The notes below the pieces were generated by a model. It saw nothing but the letters and a program-made list of their open reading frames with translations, was not told the origin of the DNA and did not search any database. From contig NC_042998.1 in assembly GCF_006345805.1 (NCBI RefSeq), positions 154,318,001 through 154,382,000 of the forward strand: DNA of 64,000 bases. Reading direction: 5' to 3'. Within the stretch, counting starts at the first letter, position 1. Every line of letters starts with the position of its first letter. This document shows, in pieces, positions 47,945 through 61,268 of this stretch. The translations under genes and the position numbers were made by a program. Source of the DNA: Octopus sinensis. Taxonomy: Eukaryota.

Positions 47945-49975
47945 TTAGATATGTTTCGACCAGAGATTGGTCCAGGCCATGTCTAACTTAATAGCACCAC
48001 CTGATAGGATTATTCGAATCCTGTTTAAGTCAAGTTTTGTTCAAGTAGTGAGTTCTTGTTGGGTGAGTTGTATCCAGTTTTGTTCAAGTAGTGAGTTCTT
48101 GTTGGGTGAGTTGTATCCAATTATGGGTGGCTTATCTGGTATTCTTTGAAGGAATCTATCCAGACTCTGTTTAAAGTTGATGGGATCCTTTTCCTCTTTG
48201 ATCTCCCTCGGGACAATGTTAAATAGGGCAGGGCCTGTTGAGGAAAAGAAATTATGTTGCAGTGTACATGTATGTTGTGATCTTGAATTTGGCAGGGGAC
48301 ATATAGCCCGTGGTCCAAGTCTTGGATGAACCTTGAAGCTAATGTTTAGGTCGTTTGGGCAAAGTTGGCGGTATATTTTCCACATCGTACAAATGATGTA
48401 CCGCTCATGGCGACGCTGGAGGGAGTAAAGTTTCAAGGCTTTAAGGCGATCCCAATAATCGAGAGCAGCCATGCCTTCAATTTGTTTAGTGAGAGCCCTC
48501 TGGGGTGACTCAATTCTGGAGATGTTTTGTCTTGTGTGAGGAGACCACAGTGGGCAGCAGTATTCAAGGTGTGGCCGTACAAAGGAGGAAAAAAGTGGTA
48601 TGATGACACCTTGTTCTCTGGACCGGAAAGTTCTTAAGATCCAGGAACTCATCCTACGAGCTATATCGACCTTCTTGTTGATGTGTGCACTCCAACTGAG
48701 ATCATCATCAACAATTACACCCAGGTCTCTGATATTGTTAGAGGCTGTGAGCGGTTCCTCTGAAGGAAGAGAGTATGGTTGTTTTAGTGAGGAATTTCTT
48801 CCAAAATGCATCAGCTCAAATTTTCCCTCATTCAGTTGCATTTTGTTTCTGTCTGCCCATTGACTCACAGCATATAGATCAGACTAGAGTTGAGTTCGGT
48901 CTGCTTCTTCATTGACGATTTTCTGGAGCTTAGTGTCATCAGCGAATATTTTCACTTTGCAGTGATGTACGACACTGGAAAGGTCGTTTACGTAAATTAT
49001 GAAGAGTAGCGGACCCAAAACAGTTCCCTGGGGAACACCGCTGGTGACTTTTGCTGGGTTTGAGCGGACTCCATCAACTACAACATGTTGTGTTCTATTC
49101 GCCAGGAAATACTGAATCCAGTGTAGAACTTTTCCACGGATTCCAACATTTGCCAATTTTGAGAGTAGGATGTTATGGTCTACCCCGTCGAACGCTTTAC
49201 TGAAGTCAAGATATATGACGTCAGAGTTCGAACCTGTTCCCAAGGCTTTGAGTACATCTTCAATGTGGTGTAAGAGCTGTGTTAGACAGTCCCTGCCACA
49301 GCGAAAGCCATGCTGATTTGAATTTAGGAGTTTGTGGTTCACCAGGAAGTCAGCTATCCTTGATCTTAACACTCTTTCAAACACTTTAATGATGTGGGAG
49401 GTGAGTGAGATTGGGCGATAGTTGACTGCGAGGGATCTGTTTCCCTGTTTGAAAACCGGGATGACCGACTGGGATAGAAACTGTTTCGGTATATAACCTG
49501 CGTCTAACGAGTTTCTCCAGAGGTTGGTCAGAGGGACTGCAAGTTGATATCTACATTCCTTCAGGAGACTAGCGGGAAATCTATCAGGCCCTACAGCAGA
49601 GTAATGTTTGACCTCATTTATTGCTGCTATGATGTCGGTGGCAGTGAAGGTTATGTCTGCGATTTTGTGTTGGGAGTCAACTTCGTTCGTTTCCCTCACG
49701 TCAATATCAGTGGGAACACTGAAGACAGAGCAGTATTGTTTCTGCAGTATTTCTGCCATTTCTTTAACATCGTGTTGGGGAATGCCGTTATCATCAATGA
49801 ATGGCCCAATGGGTGAGACAGTGGTTCTATGCTTATTTGCATAAGAATAGAACACTTTTGGGTTCTGTTTGATGTTTTTGATTACCCATTGTTCCTCCAC
49901 AGCTCTTTGATTTTCAATGGAGGTTTTCATGTTAGTCTGCAGATGAAGTTTTTCCAGCTCTAGTCTTTTCATTGT
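47944..49975 (-). mobile_element. CR1-clade LINE (second family), 5'-truncated, RT interrupted by a single TAG
   Basis: ORFs 49972-48884 and 48868-48041 are in the same frame; NYRPISLTS, QHGF, DFSKAFD, GVPQGTVLGPLLF, FADD; 43-bp tandem duplication at 48033-48118. Confidence 0.92.
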
Positions 49976-50087
49976 TGTTGAATGTGGATGTTGTGTGTGG
50001 GAATATTTTAATTGGTTGATTTTTTTTTTTTAATAATATATATATATTATATATATATATTACATATATATTAAATATATATATATC

Positions 50088-50633
50088 AAAATAAAATCAA
50101 ATTCAATGACTGGCATCCATGCTAGCAAGGTGCAAAAAGCACCATACGAGTGTGATTGTTGAGAGAGCAGCTAGCCAGCTTCCGTGCCAGTGGCACATAA
50201 AAGGCACCATTTGAGTGCGATCGTTACCAGCCTCGCCTTACTGGCACTTGAGCCTCAGGCTAGTAGGGTACAAAGAGCACCATCCGAGTTTGATCATTGC
50301 CAGAGTGGCTAACTGGCTTCCATGCTGGTGGCACATAAAAGGCACCATCCGAGCATGATCGTTACCAGCATCGCCTTACTGGCACCTGTGTCGGTGGCAT
50401 GTGTAAAAAGATTCGAGCGAGGTCCTTGCCAGTACCGCCTGACTGGCACCCGTGCCATGTAAAAGCACCCACTACATTTTCGGGGTGGTTGGCGTTTGGA
50501 AGGGCATTCAGCTGTAGAAACTCTGTCAGATGAAGATTGGAGCCTGGTGCAGCCATCTGGTTCGCCAGCCCTCAGTCAAATCATCCAACCCATGCTAGCA
50601 TGGAAAGTGGATGTTAAACGATGATGATGATGA

Positions 50634-50635
<2 letters not shown>
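50088..50635 (+). mobile_element. RTEX-family 3'-UTR-only element ((GAT)n tail)
   Basis: Repeated gtggcacataaaaggcaccat units, then aaaagcacccactac...ccaacccatgctagcatggaaag...aaacgatgatgat. Confidence 0.85.
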
Positions 50636-50677
<42 letters not shown>

Positions 50678-50679
50678 CT

Positions 50680-53600
50680 TTGCCTCCTTTTGTGTGCATG
50701 TCTATGAGTGTTTTGCATCTATGTACCATGTTTGTATGTATGGATGTGCATCTCGATACATGTCTCCATATGTGTAGGAACATCTTTGTTGGATGCTTGG
50801 AAATTGTGTGCTGTCCTCTTTATAGGTTGGAGTATGTTGCACCACAATCCCATATGTGCATTTGAGGAGTTTTTTCCACTCTTTCATGTTTCTGTGGTGT
50901 AACTTCTCTCATGCTACTGATGTGTTGTTGCATGGTCTGGACATAGTTCTGTGGGCTGTCTTTTGACAGTCTGCCAGACTTGTCCGTAGGGAGGCACACT
51001 AATTCTCTGTTCCTAATCTGCTGTTTTAGTTTTTGTAGGCCTTTGTCAACAGATGAGCTGAGTTGGTGGGACCCCTCCTCACTATGTTTTTTAGTGGATT
51101 TGTTGTATCAGTCTAAGATATGTTGGAGTCTATTTCTAGCTAAGGTGATCTTTGCTTCTATTTCACTGTCAATTTGGGGTGGGATACATACCCTTTTGTT
51201 TAAGGGTCAGTCTGTGGGGTAGATCCTTGTCATGTCATAAGATTTGTTGTTAGGGTTATAGAAGACAGACTGTAGAGTCTTATTATCGTTGTGGTATTGT
51301 TGTTGTTGTTGCTGGTGGTGGTAGTGCTTGTGTTGTGCCTATTGCTATTATTGTGGGTGGTATTGTTGGTAGTGGTGTGGATGATGTGGTTATTGTTATC
51401 TGTGTGTTGGAAGCTGTTGTTGTTTTTGTTGCTATCATCATCGTTACTGTTGTTGTTATTATAATAGTTGCTTCTGTTTCATATGCTTGTGTTGTTGTTG
51501 TTATAGTTGTCTGAGTGATGAATGCTGTAGTTGTTATTGCCACTGTAGAACGACCATGTGAAAGGAGAGGTGACGAATGAATGACTCCTTTAATACACCG
51601 CATGATCGCTTACAATAAAAGCAAAAATGGATAAACGTGTATTAGTGCCAGCAGGAAAAGAAAGACGACACAACCGTAGAATGTTAAGAGAAAGATTTTT
51701 ATTTAGGTGTTAACATGTGTGTGTCTGTGTGTGCAACATAAGTACATATACAATAATAATAATAGACAGGCTGCCATGCATACATAATGTGTATGTGTGT
51801 ACAAACAAGGATGTATGCATGTGAGATAAAATATAGAGCAATAGAAAGAGTCTATAACAGGACGCTAGAAGTTCAGACACACTGAAGATATATACCAGTT
51901 AGTAGTAAGGTACACAATTGTGTGGACACAACAGGGTCCAAACAGCCGAAGGCTAGCTGTTATCTGCTACGTCCGTATTTATGTTATATATAAGAGAGAG
52001 AGAATTTCACTAAGCGTATGCTACATCACTATTGTTGTTGTCATCAACACTGTTATTGTTATTGTTGTTGTTGTATTTTCGATCAATAATAAATCTCTGA
52101 ATGAGATGTAAACAGTAACTGCTCGACAACGTAAAGTATACTAGCCATCTCAACATGGCTAACTACTAAGGACGGGTGTTACTGTAGCTTTTAGCCCCAA
52201 GGAAATCATTGTCTCCAGCTGGCTTTAGGCACACTTTCTGTGCCCTTATGGTATTTGCAAAGGGAGGTCATCCCTCTCTTGTAAACCTAAGTGATACGCA
52301 TGGACTGCAGTTTCTAGGTATTTGTCTGTCTTCGGTGTATGGCAATCACCAGTTTACGACGAAGGGAGACCTATTTGCAAATACTTATTGTTTTTCTAGT
52401 AACTTCCGTCACTGATTTCGAAAAACTGTCTGCAAACAATAATAAATCTCTGAACGAGATGTAAACAGTAACCGCTTGACAACGTAAAGTATACTAGCCA
52501 TCTCAACATGGCTAACTACTAAGGGTGGGTGTTACTGTAGCTTTTAGCCCCAAGGAAATCATCGTATCCAGCTGGCTTTAGGCACACTTTCTGTGCCCCT
52601 ATGGTATTTGCAAAGGGAGGTCATCCCTCTCTCGTAAACCTAAGTGATATGCACGGACTGCAGTTTCTAGGTATTTGTCTGTCTTCGGCGTACGGCAATC
52701 ACCGGTTTACGATGAACAGATAAAATAATCAATTTTTCTTAACTTTTTATATGTAGTAAATTTTGGTGGTAACTCTAAAGCATGCATTTCATCTGTATCT
52801 AGCGGCACTGCACCATATATGCCAGAGGTGTATTTGTTGTTGTTGTTGATTGTGGTATTGTTTACATTCTGACATGACAATCCTGTTGATATTGTTTGGG
52901 TATTTGTATTGATTCTTACTATGCTGGGATTGTTGTTTTTGCTGTTTAATCCACTTGAGTTTATTGTTGAAGTGTTTGTTGCAGGCATGGTTAACTCAGT
53001 GGTATTCTTGTTGGATGTTTGTCATGAATCTGTCTCTTTCATGTGGAGTAGTGGTGTCTTTTAATTCATGCAGCAGGACTCTCTTTCGTTTTTAGTGCTG
53101 GTTGATTTCTGTGTATATTTTCTTTCTGATGTTTTGTAACATCGTATGTTTTACTTTTCTTTCTTGATGTTCTGTGGGTCCTGACTGCTTGGCAGCTGAA
53201 TTGACAGACTTTGTGTATAGCTTGGAGAAGATGCATGTTTTAATGAAGTGGAGCTGTCGGGTAGCTATCTTGATTTTTAGATAGCAGAACATGGTGTTTT
53301 TCAGCATCTTGCTAGCTTGGCTAAAGCTTATTATATTTCGCTTTTGGATTTGGTTTGCAAGATTCTTTATGTGAGTTCGTGTGTTGAAGCATATTCTGTC
53401 ATATCTGGGAAGAGTCATTTTCTTTTTGTGCCTTATTATTTAACACACTCACCGGTAAAATTTCCACTTATTCCTTATTTTTATTTTCCTAAAATTTTCA
53501 TTGCGTCTTGCAACCTTTTCAATAATCTTGACTCTGTCCGTTATATACACTGCATTCCTTTTTGTTTGTTTGTGCGCATGTGTGTGGGTCAGTGTGTGTG

Positions 53601-55621
53601 TGCCTACACATGCATGCATGTGTGTGTATGTATATATGTGTGTATATGCATATGTATATATGTATGTATGTGTGTGCATCTGTATGTATGTATTCTGCAT
53701 ATTCATGTGCTTGCATGTCCATGTTTGTGTATTTTTTATGTATGTGTGTGTGTGAGCATGTGTTTGTATATTTATGCACCTCTGTCTCCTTGTGTGTGTG
53801 TGTGTGTTTTGCAACTATGTACCATGTTTGTATGTATGGATGTGCATCTCGATGTGTGTGGACACATGTCTCCATATGTGTCCTTATGTGAAGTAAAGTG
53901 TGTATGTATATATGGTCATGTGTTTCAGTTTCCATTTGTGTATGTGTGCTTGTCTGTTCATATAACCTATGTACCTATCCATCTGTATGTTGATCTGTTT
54001 ATTTTCATATCCATATGTTTACATACATGTGCATATACACATATATACCCACACACTCACATACATATATCTATCTACATAACAGCCCACTAACTATTCT
54101 ACTCTACCTGTGTAAACTGTGGGTATGAAGGTATGATATCTACTATGTATATTTCCTATTTAGTATTGGGGAGGTTTCATTTATAAGGACGTACTCTTGT
54201 ATTTGTCTGAGTGTTGGGTCTTTTGGGTGCTTGGATAAGATGCAGATGTCAAGTTGACCCAAGTTGCCTCCATGGTGGTCTTTGGCATGTTGGTAGAGTA
54301 TGGAGGACTGTTTTTTGTTATCATATTGTCTCAGATGTTCATTTAGTCATTTTGCAATGCTCCTAGATATCTCCCCTATGTACATCATGTTTATGTCTTT
54401 ACAAGACCTTCTATGCATCTTATGCTGTAAACTACATTTTGAGTTCTAGTTAAAGCCAGGGCTAACCCTACATGCCATGCAGTTATCATTGATGCATATG
54501 GTATTCTCAAAGGGGTACGTCCTACATAGTTGTGATCTGATAGAGTTTCCTAGCCTTTCAACAATCTTAATGTTGAGTTTGGTTTCTTTCAGAGCTTTTC
54601 TAAATCTACGGGCTAGTTCTCCATGGGCTGTGGCCTCTACAAACATCACTCCTTGATATCTGTTGGTTTTATACCACATGTTTGTCCTGTTTGCTTTGTC
54701 ACAAGTTCTTTGTATCCTATTCCATTCTTTGTTTCTATATCTAGGGCAGGTACCACTGGTATCATTATATATAATGTTGTCTAATTTCTTTCTAGCCCCC
54801 GTATATACTTGAACCCTATCTTTCTGATCATATCCGGAGTACTGCATGTGGTGCATGAAGTTCTGTATATGTTTTTTCATTTCATAGGGTTCGCATAGTG
54901 GGGACACATTGTTCATTATTCTAACCAAGTCCGCTTTCAGTATATTAATTTTCATATTGTGTGACAAAGCTGAGTTCTTGCGAACAATATATTTTGAAAT
55001 TATGGGTTTTATATAATAGGAGTGGAAGAGCTGCACTCTATTGTTCACAGTCTCTAACCAAAGTTCAGTATCAAGTACAGGGAGTCTATTGTTGGAATGC
55101 TAGTGGGGTAATCTGTAGTTACCTTGATTTCTTTGGTGGATGGAGTTAGCTATTAGCTGGATGCTCTCCATTACGTTCATCTCAGTTTCTTCATCACCAT
55201 CACTAGAGTTGGTCCTAACTATGATATTAATGTCATCTACATATCTGCTATAGAGTAGAAGTTTTGTGGACTGTTCTGCTAACACTTGTTTAAGTTTTCT
55301 GTCCCACCATGTCATGAAGAGGCCAGTCACATCTCCAGCTATACCGACACCGATGGCTGCACCTTGAGCCTGCACATATAGTTTTTTGTTAAACTTTACT
55401 ATGTGGTTCTTCAAGGTGATTTTCACACTGGCCCCTATTGCATGTGCAATCATTTCTTTCACCTGATAGTTGTTCTCAGGGTTTTGGGTGGGTGCAGTCC
55501 AGCCACTCCAGCGCTTTGTGGTGCTTTTCTTCACTGCTGAAGTGATGGTGGGTGGTCTTCCCCTCTGTGACCTGGTGGGACAGAATCTACGGAGGTCATA
55601 TTTATATATACATATGTACAC
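50680..55621 (-). mobile_element. Neptune-like Penelope element in partial-tandem arrangement
   Basis: RT GAAIGVG...YSRYVDD (55100-55621); Cys linker CINDNCMAC; GIY-YIG NVVYSIRC...MYIGEISRS (about 54330-54440); N-terminal fragments LELPPKF (about 52770) and GLQKLKQQIRNRELVCLPTDKSG (about 50970-51040); shared UTR-like block at about 50690 and about 53790. Confidence 0.78.
52084..52716. repeat. 353-bp tandem duplication (1 full + 1 partial copy), unclassified
   Basis: caataataaatctctgaa.gagatgtaaacagtaac at 52084 and 52437; includes the hairpin tagccat-ctcaac-atggcta. Confidence 0.88.
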
Positions 55622-55659
55622 CTATCTACTTATGTATATATACATACACACACATAAAG

Positions 55660-56537
55660 ACTGTCAGATATCCATTTTTGATGATGTGAGCTTTGTGAGA
55701 AAGTGTCAAGTTTTTTTTAGAAATGCATATGGTCTTCCATAGCATACTACATCAATCGAGTGCTTAAATACTGTCTCTAAGCTCCTCAATGTATCCAACA
55801 ACATTAATTCTAACTCCCTCTGGAAAGAAAGATGTGAGGTGGTATGACATGATTTTGTTTTTACTCACCACTCCAAAACAGAGTTGTAGGAAACTTAGTG
55901 GGACATCAGAAGAATGTGTATGTAACCATCTTTCAGTTCTACATTTAAAATTTTGGTTTTGCACAAAGTTTTTCTCATCAGAGAAAAACCAAAGCATTCC
56001 AAGTTCAGGAGAGTTTTTAAACTTGTTATGTAACAACTTGGAATAGATCAAATGGGTTTACTGTGTCTTTGCAGATTGACTAGATTTCCCTCAACACATA
56101 AAGCTTGTTTCAAATGTCCTCATGCACTACAGTTTTAACAGTCATTCACTCTAACACCTGAAGCTCTTTAGTGATGACCCTCATTGATTTTCTGGGATCA
56201 TTATTGATAATGTTTTGAACCTGCTGGACGAATTGTTGTTAGCCTTAAAGTGTACAAATGACTAAAATGTTTTTCTCTTTGATTCAATCAAAATATTTTT
56301 GACAGAGGCTTCCAATTCCATCTGGACTTTGTGAACAAATGATCTTACAACATTTAGAAAATTGGCAATTTCTAACTTGCTGTGTCCTGCATATCTGACA
56401 ACATTGACTGCATGATTTTTTATTTTTGGTGTTATCATTTTATCTGCTATGGGGTATGTGAAATAAATAAAATACCTTTTAATTGGTTTAAAGAGAGTAA
56501 ATATTATTAATTATCCTAAAATATCCATCACACCCTG
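55660..56537 (-). mobile_element. Decayed maT/mariner-type DNA transposon, one TIR end
   Basis: WFFSDEKNFVQNQ...RWL motif; terminal caccctg followed by TA at 56538-56539; the other end is missing. Confidence 0.7.
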
Positions 56538-56913
56538 TACATATATGATGTATGATTGACAGTATCTGTCTCATCCTATTAACATCTTTTTGCTTGGTTA
56601 TACCTTCTCAGTCAATTCTGCAAAGCATGATATTGAATTAGGATAAATTAGTCTTGCTAAAAACAAGAAATTGGAAATTGTGTTAAAAAAAAACTTTAGT
56701 CCATATTAACAGAATAAAAGAATGTAAAATGTTTTATACATAAAGCTTCTTATTCATGTACAATGCCTGAGACTGATATTCACGAGTTTTTCTCAAAGAT
56801 GCTACTAATATAAATAAAAATGATTGATAGTTTGAATTTACATCTCCAGTCAGTAAACATTATTTTTAATAAACAGTAAAATAAGGAAAAGATTTTTAAA
56901 AGGTTTAGTTGAT

Positions 56914-56919
56914 TTTATT
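56914..56919 (-). terminator. Candidate AATAAA polyadenylation signal of FAHD1
   Basis: tttatt on the + strand about 220 nt past the stop; AT-rich context, so not unique. Confidence 0.3.
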
Positions 56920-57139
56920 CATTAGCACATAAAACTTCCTTATAAGTTGTTTTAAATTAACAAAAGCAATTCAAAAATAAATTCAAGTGGATTTAAAATT
57001 GGAGAAATATAAAAAATTATTTTAGCTAAATCAAAGGTTGCTCAGGAATATAGAATCCTCAAAGATTTATTAGAATCATCTAATATCAAAATTGAAATTT
57101 ACAATACTGATTTTATAATATATAGCGTTGCACATCTTT

Positions 57140-57631
57140 TCATTTTGCACTTTCGACAGTAAAAGTCATCTTGACAAGATTTCCAATACCTGCTTCAATG
57201 ATATCTCCATTCTCAACAGAACCAACTCCAGATGGTGTTCCTGTGAGGATAATATCACCAGGTTCCAAAGTAAAATATTTGCTTATATATGAAATAAGAT
57301 GAGAGATATTAAAAATCATATCTTTTGTATTACCAGCTTGACGCAGCTGTCCATTTACTTTTAACCACAAATCTACACAGGATGAATCTTTAATTTCTTT
57401 TGTACTAATGAAACGACTCAGAGGACAAGAAGTATCAAAACCTTTTGAAATAGTCCATGGTTGTTGCTTTGATTTAGCTTCCTCTTGTAAATCTCGTGCA
57501 GTCATATCCAAAGCCAAAAAATAGCCATCAACATAAGAATTACTTTTCCCTTCTGGTATATTTTTGCCTTTTGAACCAATTACAACAGCCAGTTCTACTT
57601 CATGATGCAGAGATTTGCAGTTATAAGGTAT
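57140..57631 (-). CDS. FAHD1: Terminal coding exon of fumarylacetoacetate hydrolase domain-containing protein 1 (acylpyruvase/oxaloacetate decarboxylase)
   Basis: Polypyrimidine tract and AG acceptor (57633-57632), phase 0; 163 aa IPYNCKSLHHEVELAVVIG...LALDMTARDLQ...PWTISKGFDT...LEPGDIILTGTPSGVG ending in TGA; N-terminal exon not found in the window. Confidence 0.92.
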   Translation of the reverse strand: MPYNCKSLHHEVELAVVIGSKGKNIPEGKSNSYVDGYFLALDMTARDLQEEAKSKQQPWTISKGFDTSCPLSRFISTKEIKDSSCVDLWLKVNGQLRQAGNTKDMIFNISHLISYISKYFTLEPGDIILTGTPSGVGSVENGDIIEAGIGNLVKMTFTVESAK

Positions 57632-60600
57632 CTATAAAAATAGAAAAGAAAAACAAATTCATGATTACTGCTGATAGATAAAAGTTAAGCATTTCATTAA
57701 ACTCAGGAATCTTAAAGAATCTTTTAGAGCTTTTGAGGGCTGGTGCTTAGCTTCCGTTTGCATGGAAATAAGAAAATGAAAAAGAAGCATTTCATACTGA
57801 ACACTATTTGAGAACATTTTAAAATGATCTGGTGCATATTCTTGACAGTAATGTGTGCAGGGTTATGTTAGAGCTTATATATAATTTAAGTAAAAATCCA
57901 CAAGTTGTTTGCATGACTGCATATTCATTTAGGCAATTTTATTTCTACATAACTTTCTAAAGGTGTTAAGTAGACAAAAGAAATATCCTTCTGGGCCGGA
58001 CGTTAAGATACTACAGCTAATTTTTAAAAGAAATTCTGGTACCAACTCCCAACAGTTAGATAAATTGTGAGATGTAAATAGTGTTCTGCTCAAATACAAC
58101 AAAACACTTACAGTAAATATGAACTATAACCAGAGCCTTTGAGAAAAATTTGGAAAGGTAGAAAAGCCTTTCAAAATTCAAAGGAGGCTGTGATAAGTCA
58201 TAAGCCTCTCCAGGCCCTGGACTGGTGTATCAACTGAGCCCAACACTTAAAGGATCTGACATGTACTGATCTACTGTGGTATACATATATTCATTTTTAC
58301 CTACAAAACAAACTGTTTAAGTTAAAATGCCTTACTAAAAAAATTCATTAAAAAAAAAACATTTCTCTCTGAGTTGTTAAAATAAAAATCATTAACATTA
58401 GGTAGTTTTGAAACTATTCAAATCTAACTTCTACTGTACTTTTTCTTGGAGAGTATTCAAAAAGAAACATTTTGATACCTTATTTGTGAAATTTGCATGA
58501 ATAATTTAGGAAATATAACAATTTGAATGGTCAGTGGATTGGTTGAAATCTTGCCTAATCTAGCCATCATTTGTGATCACAGCTTAGAAATTGAGGCAAT
58601 AATCATCTTCAAATTACTTAAATTAATAGTCTCCATGGGATAGCAGTGGCCTATTTCTTTTAGGTTCTTGAAAATGAAACTTTTTTTGGCAATTAAGCCT
58701 ATTTTGTTGCATGCAACAAACAGTTGATTTTGCAACGTGAGCATAAGCTTTTCATGTGTTTTCAAGCCTAGCTAAATCCAAAAGTGCAAACCACAGGGAC
58801 TTGGCTTTGGCATATTTGTAGTAGGTATAGAACTAAATAAATCCTGGGACTTTGGGACATGATACCATTTCAATAAAATTTTAATGGACTATGAAAAATG
58901 GCTATAAACAAGTAACCGGTGAAGTTTTGGATCAGGACACCCATATAAGTTGAATTTTCATGTTGATGGTGATTTTTGTAGTTTTTTTCACTGTGGATAA
59001 ATCCAAGGAAATAGTGGAAGGAAGCTTTTTATGACAAAAACTTTTGAAAATTCGATTTTTTTTTTACACCCTGAACTGATTTTGGCCAATTTTGTTAGCA
59101 CTATGCACTTAAAAACAACAGAAGCCTTTTCAGTAAAAAAAAAGAAAAGTTTGAAAATATTTCAGATGTAAAAGTGTGTGATTTAAGGGAGATTTAACTG
59201 TTGTTTCTAGCATTTCCCACAACTACCTGGTACTGTCCTTGTTTCTTTGTCACTCTGACATGTACTGATGTTTATCAATATTTTTCTCTCCATAAACACA
59301 TTTTATGGAATGATGATGCAGAAGTAACCCATGAGTTTTGTTTAGGCCAAGTGTGGTCTATTGTTGAAATTTATGCAACAAAAAAAATTTTGTACTTTTA
59401 AATTTTTAACCCACACTAAGTAAATCTGTGTGTATGTAAGAAAAACATATTTACTAACAGAAAAGTATGCTTTTAAAATAAATTATCTTTCACACACCTC
59501 TTTCAGATCACTGTGGATAAATCCTAGCAGTGACCTTCTCAGTTGCTCCAGTATTTTTAAATTATAAACAGATACAAAGGAAATGAGGAGGCGTGAAAAA
59601 AAATCATAAATTTTTAAACAACTTTTTCTTGAATAGCATACTTTTCTGTTTGTAAATATGCTTTTTCTTACACACACACACACACACAAGGATTTGCTTG
59701 GTGCCGGTGGATGAGGAACAAGGAAGGTACCAGGTGTCATAGGATGTGCTACAAACAACAGCTAATTCTCCTTTAAATCACATTGATCCATCTGAAAATA
59801 TTTTCAAAAATATTTTTTTTACTAAAAATGACTCTCCCATCATTTTGAAGTATACAAAAAAAAAAAAATTGGTCGAAATTGATTTGGGGGAACTGCTGTT
59901 GCTGAGCAAATGAACCTATTTTGACAACACTACGTGGCAATCTTGATCAATAGCAGCCTATTTTCTGATGGCCATCTTAGACTTCCTGTATTTCTTCATT
60001 TTGTAATCTAAACCTGAAAGAGATGAGCTTCTGTTAGAGGCCCACAAAACTTTAAGCTGCATGGACCCAAATCATATTGTTTTAAATAATACACACACTA
60101 GCAGAAACATCTGTCATTGACTGGGTTGAAAAAAGTTGACAAAATTGTACTATATTGAAAGTTATTCACTTAGACAGTATTGAACATATTTAAACATATA
60201 TAGAAGAAATGACTGTCAACTTTCATGTAGATGACAGAGCTGTTTCCTATATGCACCTATGCATCATAGGTGCATATAAACTTCTGATCTATGATCTCTA
60301 GTATTTCAGTCTATAAATGAAGTAAACATCACACATACTTTGACTTATGTGTAGTACAAGGTAACTAAAGAAATGTCAGGGGGAAACTAAAAATACATGT
60401 ACTATAATTTACTGAACTTAAGTATTACAACAAATAAAAATACAAATAGCTTTTCTTTGATGAATAGCCTAGTGGCTCAAGGATATAAATATAAAACAAA
60501 TAAAAACAATATAATAATAATCAATCTCTGTGATTAGCACATAGAATAATGAAGGAGACAACTGCAGATCAAACATCAAAAACATGAAAAATAGACCATG

Positions 60601-60929
60601 AATAATTTTCCATTTTAGTTTTCCCAGAACTTCCATTTAGTTTTGTTGTGTCTGGGAAGAATCATTCTGTTTTGATGCTTTATTAATACACACTGGTTCG
60701 ATTTCCACTCATTTATTTATTTATTCTTTTCTCTTCTTGCAATGTCTTCAATAGTCATCGACTATGTCCATTATCAGAGCTGTGTTTATTTTTGTTGTTT
60801 GTTTGTGCAGGTGTATATACATATGTATGTATGCATATATGTATGTATGTATGTATGTGTGTATGTATGTCAGAGGAACTCTTGAGAGTCAACAACCATC
60901 CAATAAATGTATAATTTTTCTTAAGGCTT

Positions 60930-61268
60930 CAGGCTGTATCATGCGCGGGGACATAGAAATAATCGGACTGAATACCCAATCGCGTGGTTAAACCATTGGG
61001 ATTGAAGGACTCCTAGCCTTTGTTAAGGCATCCTTCTAGGAGAAGGTAACTCAGGTAACTGGGATAACTCCGACATAAAACCTGCGGCTCAGTGGTTACC
61101 AATGATGTTGACTTGTTCTTCTTTTCAGATTATGGCTGCTGTTGCTTAGTGAGTGGGATTGACTCAGTGCACAGCCTTTCCTCACTTTAAAAAAAATCTT
61201 TTTGCACAGACGGTGGTGCCCCAGCATGGCTGCGGCCTTCGGGCTAAAACATTTTTAAGGATTTAAGG
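60930..61268 (+). mobile_element. Composite non-coding element: RTE-5'UTR-like motif joined to a CR1/SINE-type tail
   Basis: ggcatccttctaggagaaggtaactc...cataaaacc (61027-61082); tail ggtggtgccccagcatggctgcggcc...aaaacatttttaaggatttaagg (61212-61268) matches 4427-4487. Confidence 0.5.
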
